This document shows, piece by piece, positions 51,625-64,000 of a stretch of DNA of 64,000 nt. Within the stretch, counting starts at the first letter, position 1. Every line of letters begins with the position of its first letter. The translations under genes and the position numbers were made by a program. The notes beneath the pieces were generated by a model. The model was not told the origin of the DNA. It ran no database searches and was given only the letters and a program-made list of their open reading frames with translations. Source of the stretch: Octopus bimaculoides (Eukaryota); assembly GCF_001194135.2 (NCBI RefSeq), contig NC_068989.1:64929690-64993689 (forward strand), written 5' to 3'.

Positions 51625-52260
51625 TGATGCACCTTTCATCATACGCATTACCAAACAGCAGGCATCTCAGGAATCTCATAGAATGAATCCTCCGAACCTA
51701 AGTGATAACAGAACTAGTAGTTATGCTGACTCTATCAGGAAGCTTAGTTCTGAAGAGATTTGATTAATACTCACAGTTTTGGTCACTAGACTCTCTTAAA
51801 TCATTGAAGAGATTTAAGTTTTACAACGAACATTCACCCGTAAAATAAGTTCAGTTAAAAACCTTAATTATTGGGAATGTTTGAAAGTTCTGCGTCTCTA
51901 CTCTCTTGAACACCGAAGACAGAGATTTACTATCGTATACGTATGGAAAATCCTTGATGGGCATATTGCAAACTTAGGTATTAGAGGACATTTCAATGTA
52001 CGAACTGGTAGATACTGTCAGTTTCGAAACATACCATCTTCGAAACCACGTGCAAAAGCACTCTATTGTACCAGTCTGATATTTAGAGGTCTTGAATTGT
52101 TCAAATGACTACTTAAAAAGACACTGGATAAGCTCCCAGCGCCGGTACCACACCGGCCAACCATTTAAGGATACACTCAGGGAAGATCAGCTGCTACAGA
52201 ATCGTAGACAAATTTCCAGCCATAAAGCCACAACAAAAACGTAAAATAAATTAAGGCGGT
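51625..52260 (+). mobile_element. CR1/L2-group LINE ORF2 C-terminal fragment
   Basis: RNLIE*ILRT...VMLTLSGSLVLKRFD*YSQFWS, then QRTFTRKISSVKNLNYWECLKVLRLYSLEHRRQRFTIVYVWKILDG and FKKTLDK...VP, typical of the CR1-group post-RT region. Confidence 0.85.
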
Positions 52261-53082
52261 GTTCATGAATGGCTGCAGTACTTCGACTGAAACTACTACA
52301 AGAATAAAAGAATATCTAGTTTTCCGAATCCATGGGTTATACATAAGTTACATCGAATTTCATGCTCAGATACTGCAGTAATCGTACGCGCTAGTATAGT
52401 GGACGACGTATGATCCTGGCCTTCTTCAGGAACATTAAACATTATTCGGATGATTGCCGGATCGTGATGGGTGTATAGTACAAGCCCGTTGGATTTCTGC
52501 ATTGTCCGAGAATGAAAACCTGACGTAGCTCATGCATAACCAATTCATGTATTAAATGATATCTATTTCTCGCTGAATTGTGCTGTGTTTCTTCTTTCGC
52601 TGATCCTGTTATAAATCGTTATAAGCAACAGTAACATCCACCCCTAGGGGTCAGCCACACTTAAGTGGCAATATACTACACTTTATATATATATATATAT
52701 ATATATANNNNNNNNNNNNNNNNNNNNNNNNNNNNNNNNNNNNNNNNNNNNNNNNNNNNNNNNNNNNNNNNNNNNNNNNNNNNNNNNNNNNNNNNNNNNN
52801 NNNNNNNNNNNNNNNNNNNNNNNNNNNNNNNNNNNNNNNNNNNNNNNNNNNNNNNNNNNNNNNNNNNNNNNNNNNNNNNNNNNNNNNNNNNNNNNNNNNN
52901 NNNNNNNNNNNNNNNNNNNNNNNNNNNNNNNNNNNNNNNNNNNNNNNNNNNNNNNNNNNNNNNNNNNNNNNNNNNNNNNNNNNNNNNNNNNNNNNNNNNN
53001 NNNNNNNNNNNNNNNNNNNNNNNNNNNNNNNNNNNNNNNNNNNNNNNNNNNNNNNNNNNNNNNNNNNNNNNNNNNNNNNNNN

Positions 53083-53123
<41 letters not shown>

Positions 53124-53542
53124 CGATTGCATAAATATGGTGTATAATCGCATTGCATAAGATAATTTACATGAAGTATTGTGCCATCATGGGAAAATAC
53201 ATTCATGTACATATGCATACAAGATAGGTAGGGTTTTAACATTGTTTATTGTTCAAAAACATTCAGCCATCTTAAAAAGAAAAGATAAGGATACGTTGCA
53301 TAATAATTTGTCGACGTTTTGTTTCTGAAAATACAAAACCGAGTCTATAAAGAAGAACAACAGTGACAAAAATACATGCATAATTAGGAAATATGTCATA
53401 GCATTCATGGAAATATATAAATAAATTTAAGAATGAAATAAGATTTGTTTTATATATAGCATTGCACTAGAATCATAGATAAGAATAGAATAGAAGTATA
53501 AGATTTACGCCATTTGGTGTTGCATAACTTTGGTAATCAGGC

Positions 53543-53618
<76 letters not shown>

Positions 53619-55868
53619 TAATAATAATAATAATAATAATGGTAAAGATATATCAAGCAACAATAGCAGGGTAAATAGGAAGACTAAGGTTTAACAAAAG
53701 GAAACATGATATACTATCTTCATGCTACATACACAGACAATTACCCATCCACAACATATACGCACATACGAACATGCACGCACACATACACACACATACA
53801 CGCACTCACACACACATGTATATAGTTATACATTCACACACTCATACATATATGTATGCATATTTAGATATGTTGTATTCTCCACTCCAAAACGTGCATG
53901 ATTAATTTCTTGAAATGGCACTTGGATTATATCTATTAGGCATGGAAGAACTGAACAGTGTGATGCTAATCTACTTGGTGAAATGTTCTTAGGCCTCGTT
54001 TTGAAAATATTTTGTACATACAGACTACAAGTACTGTGAATGACACTGGTTTTCGAACTATATTTAAAAACAGTTTTATTTAGGAATTCCAAAACATATA
54101 TGCTAGCACATTATATGTTTGTACACCCCGTGTCAAGATATGTTAAAGAGAATATGTTCATGCCGCGTAATTTAGTGCATTGTACTGAAGATTTGGTCTG
54201 TTACTTTTATACAATATACATTTATACCTTAAACCTGTAAACATTTCTGGACTACATTTATCATCCCATTTATCACTCTTTTCAATTTCTTCCACCAGGA
54301 TTCCCTGACCAGTTGAATTTAAATGGACTGAGATTTCTAAATGAATTTCCTTTTCACGGTGATGACCTGTAGCTCAGTGACGTTTGATCTGAATTGCAGA
54401 ATGAACCGCGTAACATACAAGCAACTGGAAGACTGCACCTTAAGTGATAACTTATCGTTGTCTGTGCAGCCAAAACATTGTTTCAAAATGCCTCTTCTTT
54501 CTATTTACAGGATATCATAAAGAAAAGTCAACTGACAGTTAGAGGCGACAACACTGATATTGACGAGTGTTTCATTGAGTATCGAGGTCGAATTAAGCCT
54601 AACTTACTATTGTAACCAAGATATAGGTGGTCTCTTCCAAGTACATCTCTGTTTTTCTAAATGGTTCAGTTAAGTTTTATTGGGTAACGATTTGTTTCAG
54701 GCTCCTTTACTTTTGGCAATAACGTGGACATTGAAGTTTTTGTGAAATTGTATGCTATCAATAATGTCCCGTATATGTCTCCATCTACAAATTCAGAATT
54801 GTCTTTTCGTTCCCAAGTGAGAAGCAACCAGCCAATCTGATATTAAACTTCAAACGTGGGTGTATAAATAGCTCATGTAAACTGCAAAGATATGATATTA
54901 TTCTATATCATACCAATGCCAATCAAAAGAAAAACATAACTACTCGACATTTCATATCATATTTGTTTAAATACCAGCGAAAGTATCTTCCTGCTGAACA
55001 AAAATGGCAGCTAGATTTATTTATGTTACCAGATGAACTTACCATAATCGTTGCAGACTGCAATCTTGAAACGCCGTGCTGTGTATTTCATAAAATGTCA
55101 AACTTTATTACGAGCTGTACATTTTTACCGTTTCCCTTTATATTACCTTTTAGACAACATTATAAAATGCAAATATTCTAATGCGACATGCAGCTAGAAT
55201 ATAAATATCAGACATATCACTATCTATATTTTTACTTATTTTGTAATATATATATCTTTTATCTCTAACGTAAAAACAGTGTGTACTCGCTGTGAATAAT
55301 GTTTTAAATTGTTACATGCATTGCCTATATCTAAAGGGTTGGCAGATTCGTGTATTCCTTTAGGCGATTAAGGTTTATTAGAAAACCTTAAAACTATGTT
55401 AGTAACATACAAAGAGGTGCTGATAGGGTATTCTGGAAGTGCAGCAAATTACAAAGGTTTTTGTTTATGCTATGAGCATTCATCGCTATTGTGTTTGCTG
55501 TAATAGTCCAGTGTTAGATATGTTACTCAGTCTTAGTTCGTTCAAACTTGTAAACGTCTATGAATTATTAGCTACGTGATATCATGCTTATACGTTTCGT
55601 GATGTCATGCTTATTAGTTTTCTGATACATTGTTATTTTCATTGAATCGTCGAGTAGAGTTATGATACTGCTAATTATTTCTGTACTGAGACTGATGAAT
55701 TATACCTGTCATATTTAAATATATAATGTTCACGTATATCTTATACAAATTTGATATTTTGCTGCTCTACTAAGTATCAACGGTGGTTAAAGAGGAATTG
55801 GTCATCTATTATGGATTAGTTTCCGTGTATTCTTATATGAAACGAATCAAAGCACGTTTAGGCCTCTT

Positions 55869-55870
55869 CC

Positions 55871-55915
<45 letters not shown>

Positions 55916-55934
55916 GCATCATCATCATCATCAG

Positions 55935-55971
<37 letters not shown>

Positions 55972-56018
55972 GTTATCATTATCATTATCATCCTCGTCGT
56001 CGTCGTCGTCGTCATCAC

Positions 56019-56068
<50 letters not shown>

Positions 56069-56125
56069 CCACCATCGTCATCATCACCATCGTCATCGTT
56101 GTTGTCGTCTTCGTGATCATCATCA
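55869..56125. repeat. Compound trinucleotide repeat (CAT)n with CGT/CAC/CAG variants
   Basis: Directly visible; it explains the poly-I/M/D ORFs. Confidence 0.95.
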
Positions 56126-56337
56126 ACGCAAGCTTCAAGAACCAAATGAACGTAGTCGTAGATCAGGACCAGAAATTTCGGACTCGTTGTGTGGAAGCCA
56201 TTTCCGTAGTATGGTGTTGGATGTGTCGATGGAAGTGAAGAGAATCATTAGAGCCTCGGAGAAAATACCTTGACTTATTTACTTCCAACACTATACGTTA
56301 CAATTCCGACGACGTCGTCTTTCCATTTCATTGTTCA

Positions 56338-56510
56338 GGCTTAGCAGCATTTAGTCTACTTCCACGCTCTGAATTCAAATGCCGTCGACATCGGCTTTGC
56401 CTTTCATCCTTTCGAGGTTACCATAATAAGTACTATTTAATCCCGGGATCAGTGCAATCAACTTTCCTCACTCGTCCGAAATTGCTGGCCTAGTGCCAGA
56501 AATTTGAAGC
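56338..56510 (+). mobile_element. 5'-truncated family-A SINE
   Basis: gcttagcagcattt...ctgaattcaaat...ctttgcctttcatcctttcgagg...aaattgctggcctagtgcc. Confidence 0.8.
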
Positions 56511-56879
56511 CATTAATATTACTATCATGCCATTATTTCACTCCTCAGAGCTCTTGATTTTAGTTTCTCCGGCTAATTCTGTAAGAGCGGACAACAATCT
56601 GTTGCCAAGCGTCCCACATAGTTTTTTTTCACAATATTTAACACTTAGGTACTAACCCCAAAATACTCGCTGTCCCCAATGAATCAGTTCTCTGAGAATG
56701 TTCCACCCTCATGCTAACTCCAATTTCTGCAATAAAAAATCTTTCTCAAAACTCGTTGTTAATGCTCCCATTGTCCCTACTGGGACGGTAGTTACTCCCT
56801 TCTTTGCCCACACTCGTGCAATTTCCTTTTTTAGTAGATCGTACTTTTATTTCATCTTTTAGTGTTGTCCTTGTTGTTG

Positions 56880-56958
<79 letters not shown>

Positions 56959-56991
56959 TATTATATTTATCATTATTGTTATTATTATTAA

Positions 56992-57177
56992 GGAGGTGAT
57001 CTGGTAGAATCGTTAGTGCGCCGGCAAAGTGCTTAGCGGCATTTCGTTCGTCTCTACGTTCTGAATTCAAATTCTGCCGAGGGCGAATTTGCCTTTCATC
57101 CTTTCGGGATCGATGAATTAAATACCAGTGAAGCACTGGCATCGATGTAATCGACTAGACTCCTCCCGCAAAATTTT

Positions 57178-57178
<1 letters not shown>
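56992..57178 (+). mobile_element. Family-A tRNA-derived SINE between (TTA)n and (CAT)n tracts
   Basis: ggtagaatcgttagtgcgccgg...ctgaattcaaattctgccgagg...ttgcctttcatcctttcggg...tcgatgtaatcgact. Confidence 0.88.
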
Positions 57179-57232
<54 letters not shown>

Positions 57233-58926
57233 CTAATAATGACGTTGCTTGATTTATGTGTTTTGCTATAATATTCGAAAAATTTGTTTTATTTGTTAAC
57301 TAGACTATAAAATATACACTTGACTATTTCTATAACTATTCAGACTATCATAACAAGTTAAGTTCCTTAAGAAATTTACTACATAATATATTCCATAAAT
57401 CTACTGTATTTTAATTACAGACATATCTAAAATATACGTATAACTTCTAAAATGAAAAAAATATACATATTTAAATTGAATAATGCAGGTGCCCTCCTGG
57501 CAAAGGAATATTGCCGAGTAGGAAACATAAGACATGCAGAAATTGGTGCATGGAATCTAATTTATGATAGACTAATATTCCGTGCAGTTCCAGTGATGGG
57601 TACTCACGTCACTCCCAGAATCTGGGCTCTTGATTAAACCTTTGCCATCTTTACCCATTCTTTTCTGTTAGTATGGTGCCACCAGGTTTAGGAATAAATA
57701 AAACATGACAGAAATCTTAAAACACATTTACAAAGGTTAAACAGACATCAGGTTAGGTTTGCAAGCAATATATATATATATATAGAAGGTCATTTCACAA
57801 AGGTAACAAGTTGCAACGTTTTACAAATTCACAATATGAGGGAAATGCAAGCAGTTAAACAATTTGGCACTTAGGAAAAACACAATACTGGGTGTGGAAT
57901 TGAAGGGATAAGCATAGGATACAGAAAAACACCAACGTTCATAGGGAATGCAGAAAGATAAGACATAAACAGTCAAAGTGTTTAAAAGAGAAAATTTATC
58001 AGCGATTAAAAAAAAAAAATAACACAACATTCTCTTTTTCTTAAACCCATGTATATATGGGTTCTATCTTAAGGGGAAGTGATTATTTCCAGATTAACAG
58101 GATTCAAAATAAATTATTTTCTTTCGTAAGTAATTTTTCCTTTCAGCGAGTCAAAACATATTACGATTATATTATTTTATAAATAATAACTTACTAAACA
58201 TTTTCTAGATATGATGACATAAACGTGCAGATATATTTGTCACAAATATTCTGTAATTTGTTCTCCAGTAGAAGATGAACTAAAAAATCTGGAATAAAAT
58301 GTCTCCCTTCTCATGCCAACGAGGCAACCTCAACGTGGTTACTCTATCTACTTGAAACAACAGCCATAACTTGGTTCAAGAAACTACGAGGGCACACGGC
58401 ACTAAGAAGGGCGAGAGAAAATCTCGTCAAAGTGTCAACTGGTACCCATATTGGGAGAATATCAGGCTTCACAGGCATCAGGCTACACCTATACCCTCAT
58501 TGGGTTACAAATTCGTAAGGAATGCTTTGAAATATGACTGTTTATGAACCTCATATATTTGAATTCATGTAGTTTAGAAGCCGAGCATGAATGATTGAAT
58601 ATTAATGTTAAGTTTCTGTATCAAGTTAGTGCAATTCAGATTTGATTAGAAATAAATACCAGTAATTATATGTCAGACTATTAGACCCTGCCTTTTTCTC
58701 TAAAACTTAGATTCCTTTGTTGTTAAGCAGCAGAAAGAAAATCAATATGATTATAGCAAATTTATCCTGATGTGCAAACTTTATACAGCTACTATCACAC
58801 AAACAATTCTATACACGCACACAAATGTGCATGTATAGATATATATGTATGTGTGCATGCATGTATGTATGTATGTATATATATATATATGAGCGGGTGT
58901 ATGTGCACGTGTCTGTGTGTGTGTAC

Positions 58927-58994
<68 letters not shown>

Positions 58995-60144
58995 GTTATA
59001 TATAGTTGTGTGTGTGTCTGTATATGTACGCATGTGTTTTCATGTATTTGCGGATGGCTTTGGAGGCAGATATGCAAGTTTGCGCGAGTGTGTTTGTGTT
59101 TGTGTGTGCGTGTGTGTGCGTGTGTGCGTGTGTGCGTGTGTGTGTGTGTGTACGTGTGCGTGAGTGTGTGTATATGTGTGTATGGCGGGCGTTGTATATG
59201 TGCATTTGTGTGCGTGTGCTTTGCTATCATAAAACTTCCTACTGAAACCTATCAATGTTCGATCGGAAAACCGGTTTTCTGCTCTGTGTGCTAGAAAAGA
59301 ATGTACATCACTTAGGTTATTCATATAGTAAAATGTGATTTTTCTCTAGACGGCCTATAGATCCATGGGAATTATAATAAAATTTGGGAAACAACTGAAG
59401 GGCTGGGGATAAAATGTAAAGGAACAGTAATTAGATTTAGCACAAATCTTTACTTGCATCGTGATAATAATAACATTTCATGTCAGTTATCCGTTATACA
59501 GACGAGCCGATCAACTGAATTTGCCGTAATATAAGAAGACTAGTGATATACAAAAGAAACAAAGAGAGCATAAAAAGAACTTCATTTCTTATTATGACAA
59601 GAGTTTTACATGGAAATACTGACTGCAGAACATTTAAAGGCGGTTTGTACGATTATACATTTAGTAAATACTTTATATCAAAATAATTTCCAATAGAAAT
59701 AGTTCTGAAGAAAGGAGTGTTTGAATAATATTATACGAAAACGAGAAAAATTGAATTGAAATATGTATTGACCCTTTTGTTATCAAAAGATTCTTTAGCT
59801 AAGTCTTGAAGTTGTCGCAAAAAGTTTAATGTGTAAGGAACATAACATTGAAAATATCCAACGAAATGGCAGGAGCTTTTCTTCATATGCAGACATCATA
59901 ACAAATTTTTGTTTCATAGCTCGACATATTGCAAAAATTAAAATTTGTAATACTTGTAACTAGAGAAGTGGCAATAAAATGTTGATCAGCATAGGGTTAT
60001 ACTTTAAGCCAAGACATCAACGGAATATGATCTAAAATGTTTCTGATACTAGAAAGCAATTACCATACGTACACATACACATGAAGAAGTATAGGTGCAC
60101 TCACACGTTAGTATGCATAGAAACGTGTGTATCTGCATAGAGGT

Positions 60145-60187
<43 letters not shown>

Positions 60188-61099
60188 GCTAGCTAGCTAG
60201 CTACTGGTGTATGGATGTATTCTATGTATTCTCTCCCCCTCCCCTCCCCTCCCCATCTCCCTCCCTGGGTAGATTTCTGGTCTAAGGTTCTCAAGGCTGT
60301 GCTCCAGCGTGTATGAAGTCCGTTGATTGAAATAGGCAAAAGACAAAAGGTATATGTTCATATGCATATATTCATATGCATATTCATACACACACATATG
60401 TGCGTGTGTGTGTGTATAAATATGTCCATTTTGGGGCGCGCACGGATATATATATATGTGTGTATGTGCGTGCGTGTGTGCGCGCGCGCACACACAAACG
60501 CACACACACACACAGAGGAAAACATTTTGATTCCCATCTTGCAGTAAACGAACTGTTTCCTTGTGTTACTCCAATACCATTAGAGGTCAAAATACTCGAA
60601 TAACCTCGTTCACCATATTAATAGAGTAACAGGTCACATGTCAGTGCGCTAAATATACATAAAAAATAACAGTTGCAGTCATGTATGAGACAATGAACCG
60701 TATTAGTAATGTCTTGTCCGCTCGAGGTCGTTTCACTTTCTTATTTTAGTTATTCCTGTACATAACATTTTATTTCATGTTTATATGAAGCTGAAATTAC
60801 ATCGTATAAAATTGTTAAGTCGGTGAGATATCTTTATTACGCTATTTTAATGTGTGATCGTATTGTGGAATCGAGGGTAGCTGTTGGGGGATTTGAAAAG
60901 TCTGAATTTCAAGGAATAAATTGGATTCGATTGGATTATATTGCCTATGTTTAGTCCACCGCAGGACGTGAACCTCAACATGTTCTCTCCGACCATGGTC
61001 TGATGTGGAGACTGTTAAACTGAGCTCGAGATCATGCTAGTTTGATGAACTTACTCAGCCATACTAGTTCTACATGGCTTGGCAGAAGGATGCAATTTT

Positions 61100-61290
61100 T
61101 ATACTCTTACTCAGGAGTAGTTAAGTCTATTACATCGAACCCAGTACTCAACTGGTACTTTATTTTTCATCAACCCCGAAATGAGGAAAAGCAAAATCTT
61201 CCTCGGCAGAATTTGAACTTAGAACCTAAGGGCGGACGAATTACCGCTAAGCATTCCGTACGGCGTGCTAACTACTCTGCAAACTCACTG
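61100..61290 (-). mobile_element. Family-A tRNA-derived SINE
   Basis: ctcggcagaatttgaactt...ggacgaattaccgctaagcattccgtacggcgtgctaac. Confidence 0.82.
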
Positions 61291-62687
61291 AATAAGCATA
61301 GATATATATATATACATATATATTAAATTTAAAACTCACCCGTATTTTTATAGCAGCTGTATTGGATTAAAACCCATTTCCCCCCATAACTGCTTCGTTT
61401 CCTAAAATCCAGCATAATCTTAATGATTTTAGCACATATTTACTGAAATATGCTTCGGGTGAGACAGTACATTTATTGAGTGTCTGCATATAACCTTTAG
61501 TTGAGGTGCCGCTCGCACAGTTATCAGAATCAGGTGTGTATATGAATATGTACTCATACATTTGTATAAATAAGTAATGAAGGAGCATTGCTTGTGGAAA
61601 GGGTATTGCGCTCACTACCGAAAGATTGCGGTTTCAAATTCTGGGGCAAAACACTACATCTCACTTTGCTCTGTAATCACTTCGTGTTGTACACCATGTA
61701 CCTGTTCAGGCAAAGTACAGTAAAAACAGGTTGTTTATCAAGAAAGAGAGACTACAAGTATCACTGCATAAACTCATTTGTCATACAAAGACAATGTCAC
61801 TCTATCGCATCAGTAACTAACATTCTTACTGTAGGTGGCTATTTCAACTGATTTACTGGATGATTTATATTTGTGTCTAGATATATATGTATATACATAT
61901 ATATACATATATATATACTATTAATACTACGCATTATGTGTCATTTCAGATATACGTGTAATGAATCCTTTAACAATGAAGTGTATCTTCAAAAGACTTA
62001 TGTTTTAGCATCATATAATGTGATTCTTCATCATTCTACAATTGGTACCTTCGATTTCGGTGTTGTTTTCTTTATACGATTCTGTAAATGCATTACTACA
62101 GACAATCTGATATCATTTTCAATTCCATATGATCTATTTTGAGGTTAATCTATATTGCGAATAATATGGTATGATACAAACACTGTTAAGATGTGTCCTG
62201 GTAGAGAAAATGAGACATTCTGTGAAAATGGACCATTATTTAATATAAGGTTTACAAATTTTCCATCATTCTAAACCCGATTTCATGGTGATTAGTTTTC
62301 TAAACCGATTGGGGATACCAGAGAAGAATGGTCGTCATATAATTAGTCAGCTGAAATACGCTAGAGTTTCAAATTCCCTTTCCAAACCTACCACAGAAAT
62401 GGAATTCAGTATATTCAATCACAAGAAATATTCCGACAATATCCACTTAAGTCAGCTGAAACTGGTTGCTTACAGTAAGAATCTTGGTCACTGATGCGAT
62501 GGTGTGACGTTGTCCTCATATGACAAACGAGTTTATCGATTGATTTCTGTTAATATAATAATTCAACCATATGCATTCTGAATAACCGTATATACAGAAA
62601 TTACACAGCTACATGGCTTCGCAGTTTCACTTTGTATTCACTTTGCATTTGTCAAATTTTGTCAACGCCATTAAAGATATCTGAAGA

Positions 62688-63145
62688 TGCGCGGCCTAGA
62701 GGTTAACGTATTGAGTAGACGATCATAACATTGTGGTTTCGATTCTTAGAGCGAGCAATGCTCACTGAGTGTTTGAAGAATGCACTTTATTTCACGTTGA
62801 TCAAGTCTACTCAGCATGATATCACGACCAGCTGAGTCCTTGTAAACCCTTTCTCCTTCCTGTTGTCACGTTCTGGACTTGTCACTACGTCAAAGAGTGG
62901 AAGAATCAGAAAGGCATATATGTCTACTCGCAACTACATAGCCACCTAAAACAATTAGCATGATAGATGCATTACGCGGGCGTGTGATGTACATGTTTTA
63001 CTCGGCCCTGAGGATAAGAGGTTTGGCACTTCCATTCAAAATGATAATGCCGTACGTTCAATTTTCTGACCCTGCAAAGCGTTGAGTCCTTGGTCAAGGC
63101 ACTTCATTTCACTCCGTTCCAGTCAAACTAGCTAACTGAAATTTA
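62688..63145 (+). mobile_element. Two adjacent diverged family-E SINE heads (about 62688-62860 and 62995-63145)
   Basis: Both carry gcact(t/tc)atttcac and ag(t/c)c.actcagc-type blocks matching 32620-32670; the first has ggtttcgattc (B-box-like). Confidence 0.6.
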
Positions 63146-63258
63146 GTATAAGAGTAGTGGCGCAGCGAGTTGTATCTCTCTCTGTCTCTGTCATTGTCTG
63201 TCTGTCTGTCTTTGTCTGTCTGTCTGTCTTTGTCTGTCTGTCTGTCTTTGTCTGTATG

Positions 63259-63315
<57 letters not shown>

Positions 63316-63892
63316 CTGTCTGTCTTTCTTTCTACCTCCAGATGTCACAATTCGAAATTGGATCTTGATCAGAGAATAGAAGATCTAAGAGGGTGTTTAT
63401 TTCTTCTTGTGACTACAAAGACACCAAAAAAAAAACAAANNNNNNNNNNAAAAAAAAAAACAATTAGCGAACGCTAATTACATCTTACAATGCCACACCT
63501 GTTTGTGAGTAACGGCTGGCTTTACTATAAAAATCTAAAACTAATTTAAAGTGTCTTCACGTAAAAAACTGTCGCTCAGTGATGAGAAAACAAAACTGAA
63601 TCCTTGAAACGTGTTGCCAGTGATATGAAACAGTCAAAAGATAATATCCTTATAGCAATAAAAAGAAGCTACTGAAGCGGATTAGCCTTATGGCTATAAA
63701 CAGTATTGGGGGCTTACTGAATCTAACCCTTAAAAAAATATATTTACAACCTCATTTTGATAGAATATGAAGAATAAAAGAAAAAAACTCTTTGAAAAGT
63801 GAGAATTCTGCATATCTGCTTTGTCCATGGATCCGCATCTGTTCAATTTGTTTTTTCGTTTTTGGCTTCTTGTTGCTGTTGTTGTTGTTGTA

Positions 63893-63961
<69 letters not shown>

Positions 63962-64000
63962 TAGTTTTATTTTTCTAATGTGCTTTCACTTCACTACCGA

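Noticed and set aside
52296-52502. 68-aa minus ORF; similarly the 77-aa ORF at 31775-32008
   Set aside because: No recognised motif or splice support; lengths are compatible with chance.

Overview
AT-rich, microsatellite-dense animal DNA whose repeat families look octopod (inference; probably an Octopus short-read assembly, with 13 N-gaps mostly at (TA)n). Only one coding exon is supportable: a 480-bp, phase 0-0 minus-strand exon (788-1267) of an Erg/KCNH2-type voltage-gated K+ channel, covering S1-S3. Everything from 1268 to 64000 appears to be upstream intron or intergenic sequence. It is filled with several tRNA-derived SINE families, decayed CR1-like and RTE-like LINE fragments, a Tc1/mariner remnant, a hAT-like transposase remnant, minisatellites and microsatellites. 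The most notable non-coding signal is a set of minimal type I hammerhead-ribozyme motifs of the Penelope-like-element kind, in three different short repeat families. One is a near-intact CUGUUGA core variant with a GUC cleavage site on the channel's sense strand (29707-29743). Two more lie in a ~520-bp fold-back palindromic tRNA-SINE inserted, with a target-site duplication, into another SINE (10218-10736). All alignments and counts were done by eye; no database search was run.
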